DNA of 64,000 nucleotides from Cenarchaeum sp. (GCA_965212015.1 OZ243037.1:896001-960000); one strand, 5' to 3'. Shown: positions 51,442-61,646, counted from the stretch's first letter. Notes: a model not told the origin generated them from the sequence alone. Translations and numbers: made by a program.

Positions 51442-51705
51442 GTGACGTCTCCGGTGGGGGCTCTGGCTAGAACAGAATCCGTAGCCTCACGGCGTTTGGC
51501 TGGTGGTGGAGAAAGCCTCTGGCATCTACGGTTGTCTTTGGGCATCTAGACTCTGGCTTGTAGGGGCATCTGTCAGCCTGTACTGACCACAAAAGGGTCG
51601 TTTTTCAAACTCTCCAAGCAGATTTCCAGCTCGCAGTTACCTCACAAACCCCAAAACAACGACCTCCATTCAGCTTCTTCAACGTCTTTTTCCTAGGACT
51701 CCCTG
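51442..51705 (-). mobile_element. IS200/IS605-type (tnpB) 3' remnant, copy A
   Basis: Minus strand ends GCCAGAGCCCCCACC-GGAGACGTCAC; similar to 54471-54661; degenerate LKKLNG..KSAW fragment. Confidence 0.5.
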
Positions 51706-51717
51706 ACGGGAAGGCCC

Positions 51718-51853
51718 GCCTGCGATTCGAAATATACAATCACCAAAAAGCTTGTGATGATCAGGGTTATCTGAAATGCAACTAAAATCCCAACCTTGGG
51801 CTTGGCATCCGTGGCGTGAAAATCATTCCCAACAATAAAAATTTAGCACATGT
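51718..51853. repeat. 136-bp duplicate of 53106-53242 (5' end of sensor pseudogene)
   Basis: Near-identical direct repeat seen by eye. Confidence 0.9.
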
Positions 51854-52026
51854 GGCTTGCAGGGACATCTGTCATCCCAGAGGGTCTGATGTGCATTTTG
51901 TAATGCAGTAGGACCCCAAAATGGAGGCTTTTTGAGTAGCCTGAAGGGATTTCATAGAATATTCTCGCTTTGTCTGTCCGCATATACATGCATCTATGAT
52001 TTCTGGCCTCGATAAACAATCCAATG

Positions 52027-52701
52027 CTACGGGATGCCGGCAGTCGTGTTTATGTGATCGTATACAGCACGCTTTTGCTCGTCTGTTTGCTCATTATAGC
52101 CTATCTCACCTACGTATGTTAGGTGTGGCTTGTAGTGAAATGATCTGACATCTATGGAGTTTTTTATTACATCTGGATAATTGCACGGCATGTAGGTGTT
52201 AAGTTCCGCAGGCGCATGAAAGAATTTGTAAGACATGATGCCGTCCCTATCAGGCGTAGTTCCCAAATACTGCAGAAACTCCACATACGAGGTAGTATTG
52301 GTGGGTTCAGTGCAAATTCTCCTGCTATATCCGTCGACATTATGGCACAATTCATCGCGGGCCTCCAGAGTCAGCGGATAGCATAAAACTGCAAATGTCT
52401 GATTTATCAGGATATTCTCGGAATGCGTAAACGTGGGTACTAGTCTTGACGGGCCAGTATGACCGTTCTGTGAGAAATATACCTGTATGCTACCGTCGTG
52501 CAGGGGAGCGATCCTCTCTATTGTGGCATAGTGTCTTTCATCGGTAATTGGCTCATAGTGTATGTCGACGATATCTGGTACGATAACGGAATCCCTCATC
52601 GGGATTACATAGGTCTGCCTTTCATGCTCGGATGTGACATACAATGACACAAGCGTGGCTATGAATAAACATGCGACAATCGCGGAGATCCGCCTCTTCA
52701 T
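52027..52701 (-). CDS. Membrane-anchored hypothetical protein
   Basis: MKRR plus TM helix, 4 Cys in the soluble part; TTTTATA box upstream. Confidence 0.7.
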   Translation of the reverse strand: MKRRISAIVACLFIATLVSLYVTSEHERQTYVIPMRDSVIVPDIVDIHYEPITDERHYATIERIAPLHDGSIQVYFSQNGHTGPSRLVPTFTHSENILINQTFAVLCYPLTLEARDELCHNVDGYSRRICTEPTNTTSYVEFLQYLGTTPDRDGIMSYKFFHAPAELNTYMPCNYPDVIKNSIDVRSFHYKPHLTYVGEIGYNEQTDEQKRAVYDHINTTAGIP

Positions 52702-52732
52702 ATGTAAAAAGGTGGGTTTTAAGATATAAAAA

Positions 52733-53200
52733 CTAGCTCTCATATGTCGCTGCTTTGGCATCAACTTCTAGAGAAAATGTTCCACAATTATGTTCACGGC
52801 CACCACATCTAATGTCAAGATTAATGCTCTCTATTATGGATATACTGTCAGTTCCAAAGCGTGGACCAATATTACGCTCTCCATGCGTATATCCATGAAC
52901 ACTATATCGGGATTGAACTCGGAATATTTTGCAATTGCCTCCCTCGGTCTTGAGAAAATTAATGTTATCTGAAAGATCCACAAGCGACCCTAGCACCATA
53001 TCTTGTGTCTGGTTGTGAAACAGGACGTGGTTTAGCTCTACTAGGACCATGCTGGTAAGCACCCTGTTTTTTCCCGCCACGTTTACAATGTTTCCGGCAA
53101 GGCCAGCCTGCGATTCGAAATATACAATCACCAAAAAGCTTGTGATGATCAGGGTTATCTGAAATGCAACTAAAATCCCAACCTTGGGCTTGGCATCCGT
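52733..53200 (-). pseudogene. Truncated PilJ/NarX-type sensor-domain gene
   Basis: TM segment then VNVAGKNRVLT (P-box-like); no in-frame start, and similarity is lost after ~65 aa. Confidence 0.5.
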
Positions 53201-53343
53201 GGCGTGGAAATCATTCCCAACAATAAAAATTTAGCACATGTGCCAGTTACGGGGAAATTTGGTGCCTGACGGATGAAAAAGAAGCATACCCCAACCCGAT
53301 ATATCGCCTTATATAACCGTGCAGGTTTACTGAATGTAATAAT

Positions 53344-54252
53344 ATGAACAACGCAAAAATAACTTTAGCAATACCTCTTCTAGCATTGATTTTGTTTGTT
53401 CCTACGGGATTGACAAATTCTATAGCTCAAGAAGTACCAGACAAAATAGATGGCAATACAATAGCATATGCAATTGAAGACATAGAACATTCCTTTTCAG
53501 TAATGGAGCAACATGTCATTTATGATGAAAATAAAAACATCACATTTGATATACTCAATGCAATAAATGACCAACATGTAACACAATTAGATATTGATAT
53601 TGTGTTAGATTTTGCAATTCATAATAACGATATTATGAATGCTGTAGTAGGATCAACAGGGCAAGTAGATGAAACCCAAACACGAGACAATGAGCAATTA
53701 AAGCAAGCTATAGAGGAATTAGAAAATGGAAAATTCAGATCTCTCTTTGGATATGAAACAGGATCTACAAATGATATCACGCTTGTTGGTTATAATCCAA
53801 TACATACTCCGGTCATTTCTGCATTTGGAATTTCTGAATATGTTGATATATATCCAACTAGACACAGTAGTTCGAGTAGTTCATCATCGTTAGCTTGTGG
53901 TGGTAGCTATCGAAATCCACATCCTGTAGATTCTACCCCAACAACAATAAATGGATTTAGTTCATTGAGTGACGTTCAACGAGAACTATATAGAAATGGA
54001 TACCACATGGTTTCAGCATATGCCTCTTGGGGTGGTGACAGCACACAACATATTGACTTTGCAAAAGTTGTAACATCAGGCGCTCCTGACAATTGCAATA
54101 ACGGACCATTCCGTGATCAAGCAACTATCAATCGACACACACATAGTTCATACAGAATTACTGAGAATGAACCAAATCCAGAAGTTCTAAGTTATGTGTG
54201 GCCTAAATTATGGTGGGGTCCTTATGTGCAATGGTGGCATGACAACTTTTAA
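53344..54252 (+). CDS. Secreted protein with poly-Ser linker and Cys/Trp-rich C-terminal domain
   Basis: Signal peptide, acidic N-part, RHSSSSSSSSLAC, ends WPKLWWGPYVQWWHDNF; CTTATATAA box upstream. Confidence 0.8.
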   Translation: MNNAKITLAIPLLALILFVPTGLTNSIAQEVPDKIDGNTIAYAIEDIEHSFSVMEQHVIYDENKNITFDILNAINDQHVTQLDIDIVLDFAIHNNDIMNAVVGSTGQVDETQTRDNEQLKQAIEELENGKFRSLFGYETGSTNDITLVGYNPIHTPVISAFGISEYVDIYPTRHSSSSSSSSLACGGSYRNPHPVDSTPTTINGFSSLSDVQRELYRNGYHMVSAYASWGGDSTQHIDFAKVVTSGAPDNCNNGPFRDQATINRHTHSSYRITENEPNPEVLSYVWPKLWWGPYVQWWHDNF

Positions 54253-54457
54253 AACTTCTTTTTTTCTTTTTACTATAATAATTTCAGTTATAATATCAAT
54301 CATCATCATATTTAATTTTGAATTATTTTGGAATATTATGGTGCATGGCACGATTTCAGGCAATTGTGTTTGGCCTTCAGACTATGTTGCAGCAGGAGAC
54401 GATTTTTCGAATTTGATATGGGATGAAGACTTGGAATGTTATTTGGAGAAGGATTAA
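54239..54457 (+). CDS. Small membrane protein overlapping the upstream gene
   Basis: Ile-rich TM followed by a 2-Cys acidic tail. Confidence 0.55.
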   Translation: MTTFKTSFFLFTIIISVIISIIIIFNFELFWNIMVHGTISGNCVWPSDYVAAGDDFSNLIWDEDLECYLEKD

Positions 54458-54470
54458 TTTATAATAACTC

Positions 54471-54661
54471 AGGTGGGGGCTCTGGCCAGAACAATACTCG
54501 CGGTTCCACGGCGTTTGGCCTGTCCTTGAGAAAGTCTCGGGTATTCACTGTCGTCTTGGCATACGATAGTTTTCCGCTAGGCTTGCAGGGACATCTGTCA
54601 TTCCTAGCCTATTGTGCTTAATATTCTATCCTGCATTATCAGGATGGTGATGGCCGCATGA
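54471..54661 (-). mobile_element. tnpB 3' remnant, copy B
   Basis: In-frame SCGHHHPDNAG*NIKHNRLGMTDVPASL (cf. CG..AD.NAA.NI), followed by a right-end-like GAGCCCCCACC. Confidence 0.55.
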
Positions 54662-54782
54662 CGTCATACCGGCGCGGATTGGGACTGCTCTGGGACGGGC
54701 GAGAGGGATCACGTTATGAGGTAAGGGAGTTGTGACACGGAGCAATTATAGTTAATATTGCCCCATATTTCTTTGTTATATT

Positions 54783-55130
54783 ATGAACAAAAAAAGCATC
54801 TTGATATCATCATGTTTTACTGTTATGGTTGGACTCCTAATTGCTTATGCGGTTGCATTGGACAATAAACAACAAGAGTTATTCATACATAGTGATATAT
54901 CAGGATACACATGGCATTTAATGCGTATGGAATATTTTGAAAATGGAATGGATCCATTAGATTTTAAAAACCTAATAACAGAACATGAAGATCGATGGTG
55001 TGAGATTGTAAAGGGTACTTGGAACAAAGAGACACGGGAATGCCGAAATATAACAGATTATTATTGTTTGATAATTACAGGTACGATGCAAAGTAGGCCA
55101 GACGGTTCTACTGTTTGTATCATTGCATAG
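54783..55130 (+). CDS. Small exported/membrane Cys-containing protein
   Basis: N-terminal TM; repeated C...G.W/M...C pattern. Confidence 0.65.
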   Translation: MNKKSILISSCFTVMVGLLIAYAVALDNKQQELFIHSDISGYTWHLMRMEYFENGMDPLDFKNLITEHEDRWCEIVKGTWNKETRECRNITDYYCLIITGTMQSRPDGSTVCIIA

Positions 55131-55134
55131 TTTG

Positions 55135-55520
55135 CATATGCCGCAGATCAGAGCCGCAGTTTTTGCAGCTGTGATCGTCAGCGGTGCGCTTTTCATCGAC
55201 GCAGTCCGGCTTTTTTCTGCTGTTTCTGCCGTGTTTTGTGTGGGATTTACCAGTAACAGTTTTTTTTGTACGCTGGATGCCGATGTTTTTTGCCGCAAGG
55301 GCGGATATCGTCTCTTTTTAGTGCGGCCATGTCGGCATTTTGGATGCGTTTGTCCGCCTCAATTATGGATATCCTTTGCCCGAGATCTCTGTTTTCCGTC
55401 TTGATCTGCTGGTTTTCCATCTGGACTGCTCATTTTCCGCATTGCACTCCAGATCTATGTCCTCAAGACGTGTATATTTGTCTTGTAGATCCTGATATTT
55501 CTCTTCAATTTGCGTACATC
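55135..55520 (-). pseudogene. Possible IS66-like transposase N-terminal remnant
   Basis: Broken coiled-coil frames (EEKYQDLQDKYTRLE; ENQQIKTENRDL) followed by HSCKNCGSDL. Confidence 0.35.
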
Positions 55521-55688
55521 TGTCGCGATAATGCTAGAGATTATCAGGCATGGTTGCTGTCCGTCGATCTGATCAGAAAAGGTATTGGTTAAAAATAACA
55601 GACTAGAAGATCTAACTTCAAAAACCTAGATGGATACGCTTCATTATGTATGGTTGATAGTGCGGGGTTTATTTGATTTACTCTTGTG

Positions 55689-55928
55689 TTATTTTATGAT
55701 CCCAGAATCATAATCTTCAATAAACTCCTCTCTACTGATTGTGATATTACTTAATATTTTTAATAACAAACCAATGCCTAATTTGTGATTTTTTGCAGGA
55801 ATTGTCGTAAATAATTCATTATTTCTTAATGTGACGTGACTGCCTTTTCTATGTGTTACGACGTATCCATTTTTGATGAGATATTTTATCATCTCATTGC
55901 CCGAAACTTTGGGGATTTTACTTGGCAT
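55689..55928 (-). CDS. hicA: HicA toxin
   Basis: GY...RKGSHVTL...TIP...LGIGLLLKIL. Confidence 0.9.
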   Translation of the reverse strand: MPSKIPKVSGNEMIKYLIKNGYVVTHRKGSHVTLRNNELFTTIPAKNHKLGIGLLLKILSNITISREEFIEDYDSGIIK

Positions 55929-56139
55929 GTTTGCTGACTATTAACATGTTAAAATCATCCGTGTTGCCGCTTTCTTCTACAGCGCATTCTACAGCTTCTT
56001 TGATATTTTCCATGATTTCACCATATGTTTTCCCCTGCGAATTTGCATGTAATTCATCACATTGTCCAATGAAAAGATTATCTGTTTCGTCCTTTGTTAT
56101 GACAATCGTATATGCCTTCTTTTGTATCATCGAACTCAT
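55918..56139 (-). CDS. hicB: HicB antitoxin (short, upstream of hicA)
   Basis: YTIVITKDE...SQGKTYGEIMENIKEAV. Confidence 0.88.
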   Translation of the reverse strand: MSSMIQKKAYTIVITKDETDNLFIGQCDELHANSQGKTYGEIMENIKEAVECAVEESGNTDDFNMLIVSKHAK

Positions 56140-56365
56140 AATATGTTGTAGGAGTAGAAAGTAATAAACTTATTGTTAGTGGGGCTGTAACCGGTTAGGT
56201 TCAAGAGGGATATTTGGATCTACAGGCACGGGACCTAACCGATCACGTGGGGCTGTATAGTTATCGTCGCCTAGACACGAAGGATTTTTCTTCCAATTTA
56301 TCGATTCAGCCGAATTTGCTTGATCGAAGATTGACAAAGGGTCACAAAATCACCCAATCGTCAGA

Positions 56366-56893
56366 TTATGCGGGATAATACTGTTTTATTATTCGGTTAA
56401 CATCGCCCGGATCATCGGAAACACCATATGCCCACGTTCCAGAGCGGCCATCTGCATTTACTGCTTTTACCCACTCTGCTAGACCCTCATGTTTTACATC
56501 GCTTTGTGAACTCTTTTGACCCTTGACTTCCAATACTAGCATGATGAATCTTTTTTCCTTATTTCCCAACCTTACCAGAAAGTCTGGATAGTATTCCATA
56601 ATGTGACCCTCATATTGGTAGGTAATGGCAAATCCAATTCGATCATTTTTTACCCATGATTCTACTCTATCATTTCTTTCAAACTCCACAGATGCTTCCT
56701 TTTCCCATTTATTATCATAAGGAGATGGACTTGTGTGGGATTTTTTTATATTATCAATAACACCCTTGGTGGTAGACCACGGATTAACCTCGTTAGTTGA
56801 TCTTTCTTTTTTACTGGATCCAAAGATAAGTTTCTTAGATTTTATATTTTCATTCTCGATGTTTTTGGTTATATGATTAATAACAGCCTGCAT
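56366..56893 (-). pseudogene. C-terminal nuclease fragment of a type III restriction subunit
   Basis: WE..A..E, SWVKND, YYPDFLVR, VLEVKG; helicase part missing. Confidence 0.7.
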
Positions 56894-57205
56894 ATTAGAT
56901 CGTATGCGTAATCACATCAATTAAAGACTTGTAATTCCACGGCTTTGTATAATTCCAAGTAAAGAACAATCATACCCGGTTTCTATTTTTTTAAAGTTAT
57001 GGATTCGGAGATCCGTGCCTACCATGCGTTAAGTTAACAGAACCCCGCTATCCTGTCCTCTGTTCTGCCGATCTTTTTGTACGTGCGGTTCCAGGCATGC
57101 AAAATCCGTGCCTAGGAATCCAAAACAGGTCTCACAAAGACTCAGATCCTGTGGGTCCACCCTACGTCCCTTTAGCACCAGTATTCATGATATCAGTTAA
57201 AGTGA

Positions 57206-57487
57206 TCAGTCGCCGCCATAGGCGGATTTGTGATCACACACACGGAGAAACTCTATCGTATTGTTGCTCCAGTTGATGTTATAGATTATCCTGTACTTTC
57301 TTCCAAGATCATACGAGAATACCCTTTTGCACTGCTTGTATCTGCCAAGTTGTGCGGGGTTTTCCGAATTCCTCAGCTCCTGCACCGCACTGTTGACTCT
57401 GATCTTGATTTGGGGATCCAGATTTTTGTACTGTTTCTTGAACTGTGCCTTGGCTTCAAATCCCCATTTGCTTTTCATCCTAGTCAT
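57206..57487 (-). CDS. RelE/ParE family toxin
   Basis: FKKQYKNL...YRIIY...FLRVCDHKSAY. Confidence 0.85.
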   Translation of the reverse strand: MTRMKSKWGFEAKAQFKKQYKNLDPQIKIRVNSAVQELRNSENPAQLGRYKQCKRVFSYDLGRKYRIIYNINWSNNTIEFLRVCDHKSAYGGD

Positions 57488-57611
57488 TTAACCATGTGAT
57501 GAATTCGTCTGATGTCTTGAATTTCTTTTTGCCGTCATCGTTTGCATAAAACTCGTCAATGTCTTTGATCTCTTCTGGTGTCAGGTCGTCTGCCTGGCGC
57601 GTATCGGACAT
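57480..57611 (-). CDS. 43-aa acidic antitoxin
   Basis: Manual translation MSDTRQADDLTPEEIKDIDEFYANDDGKKKFKTSDEFITWLND; overlaps the toxin start. Confidence 0.75.
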   Translation of the reverse strand: MSDTRQADDLTPEEIKDIDEFYANDDGKKKFKTSDEFITWLND

Positions 57612-58003
57612 GCTTTGTCTAGCATGCATCCACTAAAAAAAGACTGCGTTGGGCCGGAATCAGCCGATAATTCGTCATTTTCCCCAAATAACCGGCGTTT
57701 TGTGCGATCAGCCCGGACAAACGGCATGCAAAATCCGTGCCTAGGAATCCAAAATAAACCCCATAAAGATTCAAACCCGCGTGAGCCCATTAGGAAATCA
57801 TGCGCAAAAGGCAAAATGATGCAAAAAAAGCCCCGGCAAAACCCTCTGCCTTTTTTGCAGGATCCCAGAGGGCAAAAACACACCGGAGGGCAATTTTGAC
57901 ACCCAAACGGATCTTTTACATCCAGAATTACGGGGTTTTTCACTTGCATTACCCGTAAAACCACCACAATGGGTTTTTTCTAAAACAGAATCTACTCTGG
58001 CGT

Positions 58004-58276
58004 CTCCTCTCCCACCTGACCGCCCCATGGCAGGAATGACATTCTGATCGGCAGAGATGATCGATGCCATATTTTATGGAATTGTAAAATATGATCATGT
58101 GTGATTTTTCAGCATGTATTGAGAATGAGGATTGTCAGATTTGGTAGGGCGAGAGTTTGAAAACCTCTATCGAGTCGCTCGATTCGCGGGTTCAAATCCC
58201 GTCCCTGATATGGTTATTAGAATACTGGGAATTAAAAAGGTATCTTGGCGAGTCAGGCGTGGTTCTAGGTCTGGTC
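58004..58276 (+). repeat. Right direct repeat containing pseudo-tRNA (58125-58210)
   Basis: Matches 51139-51415. Confidence 0.9.
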
Positions 58277-58566
58277 GTGGATGATCCGGCAGATCAGACG
58301 CCGTAAGAATGTCAAACCTTTACGTGCATCCCGACATGTGGGACACGCATCCTGCTCAGGGCCTGCCAGACTTGTCCCATACGGACAGACTGCCAAAAAA
58401 ATGCCAGACCCTCGCGTCCGGAATGTGTAACATAGCAAGACATCAATAAGAAATCCCGCCAAGCTTGGAGTTTGACCAATTCTTTAATACAGGAAATTCC
58501 AACAACAAAAATAATGACCGACCCCAGCACGTCTTGCCGTCAAGTCACCAAATACGAGGAAAGATT

Positions 58567-60036
58567 ATGCTTTCCATAACACAGTCAAAAAGGACGCATT
58601 TTGGCCTTGTTGCAATCATACTGATACTGTCCGCATACGTACATTTGTGGAATCCCGCGGGTTTTCCGGATATCTTTTTTGATGAAGGAATCTATATGCG
58701 CAGGGCAGTCAATGTGCTAGAATCCGGCAATCCGCAGGAGGGGGTGTTTTATGATCACCCGTATTTCGGCCAGCTCGTGCTTGCGGGATTTCTAAAGCTT
58801 GCCGGCTTTCCGGATTCTGTCCAGGCATCGCTTGAGGCGTCGTACCTGGTTCCAAGGGTACTGATGGGCGTGTTTGCCGTGCTAGACACGCTTCTAATCT
58901 ACGGGATTACGCAGAAAAAATTCGGGAAAAAAATAGCAGTCCTTTCCGGCATCCTGTTTGCAGTAATGCCGATTACCTGGCTGTTTAGAAGGATTCTGCT
59001 AGACACCATACTGATGCCGCTGCTGCTGTCGTCGATACTCTTTGCGCTGCATTCAAGGGACTCCCAAAGGAGGGGGATGCTGGTCCTATTCTCCGGAATA
59101 TTTCTGGGGCTGGCCATATTTACAAAGATTACCGCAGTTACAATGGTGCCGCTAGTCGCATACTTGATATTTTTGAATCCCGGCAGAATTAGGCATCTTG
59201 TGAGGTGGTTTGCCCCCGTGCTTCTCATCCCGCTCGCTTGGCCCGGCGTAAGCGTGTACCTCGGACAGTTTGATCTGTGGCTGAATGACGTGTTATGGCA
59301 GGCGGGGCGGAATACCGGGGATTTCCTTGTAGTGCTGGGATACCTTTTCAACATAGACGCCGTGATCATGGGTCTCGGACTCGGATCGTTTGTTTTTGCG
59401 GCAATAAGAAGGAACGTATTCCTGATTCTGTGGTTTTCCCCGTTTTTGCTGTTTGTGGCAAATATCGGGTTTTTGCAGTACTTTCACTATATTCTGATCA
59501 TACCGGTGATTTGCATCAGCACGGCATTTATGCTGCACTGGATAACGGACCGCATAACAGGGCCGAAAATCCGCAGTTACACGTTTGCAATAACGTGCGT
59601 AGCGGTCGCAGTTTTTGGCACGAGTGTTTCAGGCGTCATGATAAATACGGATGCAAGCTCGTCGCAGTTTGAGACCCTGAGGTTTTTGCTGGCCAATTTT
59701 GACGACAGCGACACCACGATCCTTGCAGGGCCGGCATACTCTTGGATTCTTGACGACGTGTACGGCAAAAACAACGTGCCAACCGACTATTCCCTAATCC
59801 TGTTTGAGCCAGTCAACACCGAAAAAGTCATCCTGGTTGCGGATTCACATTATGTTTCGGATATTAATCGGGACGAAATATTTCAGCGGACATATGACAG
59901 ACTGAACAACACGTACGAGATATACGGGGAGACAAGCAGAAACACCGTCTTTCCGTTTGAAGGCACAAAGTTCACAGATGGCGGGATCATCGAGATAAAA
60001 AGAAACTGGGACGGGGAATGGAATACGGCGCCGTGA
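58567..60036 (+). CDS. ArnT/PMT-family (GT-C) membrane glycosyltransferase
   Basis: FDEGIY, YDHP, LAIFTK, multi-TM. Confidence 0.85.
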   Translation: MLSITQSKRTHFGLVAIILILSAYVHLWNPAGFPDIFFDEGIYMRRAVNVLESGNPQEGVFYDHPYFGQLVLAGFLKLAGFPDSVQASLEASYLVPRVLMGVFAVLDTLLIYGITQKKFGKKIAVLSGILFAVMPITWLFRRILLDTILMPLLLSSILFALHSRDSQRRGMLVLFSGIFLGLAIFTKITAVTMVPLVAYLIFLNPGRIRHLVRWFAPVLLIPLAWPGVSVYLGQFDLWLNDVLWQAGRNTGDFLVVLGYLFNIDAVIMGLGLGSFVFAAIRRNVFLILWFSPFLLFVANIGFLQYFHYILIIPVICISTAFMLHWITDRITGPKIRSYTFAITCVAVAVFGTSVSGVMINTDASSSQFETLRFLLANFDDSDTTILAGPAYSWILDDVYGKNNVPTDYSLILFEPVNTEKVILVADSHYVSDINRDEIFQRTYDRLNNTYEIYGETSRNTVFPFEGTKFTDGGIIEIKRNWDGEWNTAP

Positions 60037-60290
60037 TGCCGGCGGTGATTCCGCATGGCCGGGAACGCAGGAAAGCACAAAATATTCACCGGGCACGGCA
60101 TCGATCCAAAATCAAGCTCCGGCTCGCGGATGGATTTGCATTGTCCCCCGGTCCGGCCATGCCGGTACTGTATGACTGTGATTTGAGATCGGCCAGACCG
60201 GATTGGGCCGTAATTTGATCGTCATCTGGCCTGCAACTTCACGGCACCTGCCATAGACACAGTTATCTATGCCCGTTTCCCACAAAACCC

Positions 60291-60476
60291 ATGACAAGCT
60301 ATGCAAGCCAGGTAGCTGCAATACACAAAAGATTCAACGCGCAGATCAAGAGGGCAAAATCACGCAGGGCGCTTCAGAGTGCATACACAAAGCACAAGGC
60401 AGACCACGGGCGGATTTTGAAGAGGCACCTGAAAGAAGAGATGGCCACAGTCAAGAGGCTCAAAAACAAAATCTAA
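60291..60476 (+). CDS. Small basic helical protein
   Basis: 61 aa, K/R/H-rich, core codon usage. Confidence 0.65.
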   Translation: MTSYASQVAAIHKRFNAQIKRAKSRRALQSAYTKHKADHGRILKRHLKEEMATVKRLKNKI

Positions 60477-60547
60477 CCCAATTAAGCCCCCGGCCAAATC
60501 CCCCTTTTATTTACAATACAGCATGCCGGTGCCGCATTCGGCGCGGG

Positions 60548-60886
60548 CTAGCCGGGTTTTTCCTGCTTTTTCCCAAGCCGGGACGAGACAATCTCCCTGA
60601 GCTCATCATCAGTCTTTGAATCGGGGCTTATTCCAAGCGACTTTGAGATTGTCTCGAGCTTTTGCCTCTCGTTTTGCACGGGGCCGTCGACCTCCACTGT
60701 CTGATCCGCAAGCCCCTTTACCTGGCTTTCGACGTCGTTTTTGGCCCTGTTGTACTCGCTTACCACCCTGCCGAGCTTTTTGGCCGCATCCGGAAGCCTG
60801 TTTGTGCCCAGAATGAGGACCAGCACCGCAAATACTATAATCACCCATTCGCCCCCCGCTATGTTCAGCGCATGCCCGAGCATCAT
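60548..60886 (-). CDS. tatA: Twin-arginine translocase TatA/E
   Basis: GGEWVII...LG..RLP..AKKLG. Confidence 0.88.
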   Translation of the reverse strand: MMLGHALNIAGGEWVIIVFAVLVLILGTNRLPDAAKKLGRVVSEYNRAKNDVESQVKGLADQTVEVDGPVQNERQKLETISKSLGISPDSKTDDELREIVSSRLGKKQEKPG

Positions 60887-60917
60887 CCAGTACGTGCACG
60901 CCCATCAATTAAAATCA

Positions 60918-61619
60918 TTAGGCGCGGGCCGGGCCCTTGTAGGCGGCGACCATTATCGCCCCGCCCAATAGTTTCTTTTCAAACTCTACCCTCGGGAACT
61001 TTTCTCGCAGCAGCTCCTCGAGCTTTTTGTTCTGCGGCCACCGCCGGTAGGTGCCGTAAAGCGCGGCAAACTTTAGTCCGAGGCGCCCCCCCGCGGCATA
61101 CGCAATCAGCGGCAGGATTGCGCGCAGGTAAAACGACACCCCGAGCCTCAGCAGCGCGCAGTCCGGCTTGCCAAGATCCACTATTACAAACCTGCCGCCG
61201 TTTTTTAGCACCCGGTGGACCTCCGATATCGCGATTCGGAGGTTTATGGCGTCACGAAGCGAGTATCCGCACATTACTGCGTCAAACCCGCCGTCGGCAA
61301 ACGGCATGTGCTCAAAGACCCCGCACGACACGGCGTGGTTTGCAAGGTCGTCCCCGGTGTTTTTCAGCATCGGCACGAGCGGATCATACAGCACCACCTG
61401 CAGGTTTTCGCCGCACACCTCGCCTGCGGTCCGCGACATGTTTCCAAAGCCGGATCCCGCATCCAATACCACGTCCCCCGGCATGATGCGTCCCCTGATC
61501 CCCGCGCGCCTGTGCTTTGCGTCCCTTCCCAGCGAGATGCACGAGTTGACCCTGTCGTATACCGGAATAATATCCCGCAGGACACCGATTACCTCCGGCC
61601 AATATCCTGCAAGCCCCAT
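60918..61619 (-). CDS. UbiE/MenG-type methyltransferase
   Basis: YDRVN..ISLG, LDAGSGFG, MPF, RVLKNGG. Confidence 0.85.
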   Translation of the reverse strand: MGLAGYWPEVIGVLRDIIPVYDRVNSCISLGRDAKHRRAGIRGRIMPGDVVLDAGSGFGNMSRTAGEVCGENLQVVLYDPLVPMLKNTGDDLANHAVSCGVFEHMPFADGGFDAVMCGYSLRDAINLRIAISEVHRVLKNGGRFVIVDLGKPDCALLRLGVSFYLRAILPLIAYAAGGRLGLKFAALYGTYRRWPQNKKLEELLREKFPRVEFEKKLLGGAIMVAAYKGPARA

Positions 61620-61646
61620 CAGTTCACACCGTCCCGGCGCAAGAGG

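Larger units (their letters stand above)
51139..58276. mobile_element. Genomic island at tRNA-Val bounded by ~275-bp direct repeats
   Basis: Repeats 51139-51415 and 58004-58276; lower GC; TA modules, IS remnants and gene fragments inside. Confidence 0.75.
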
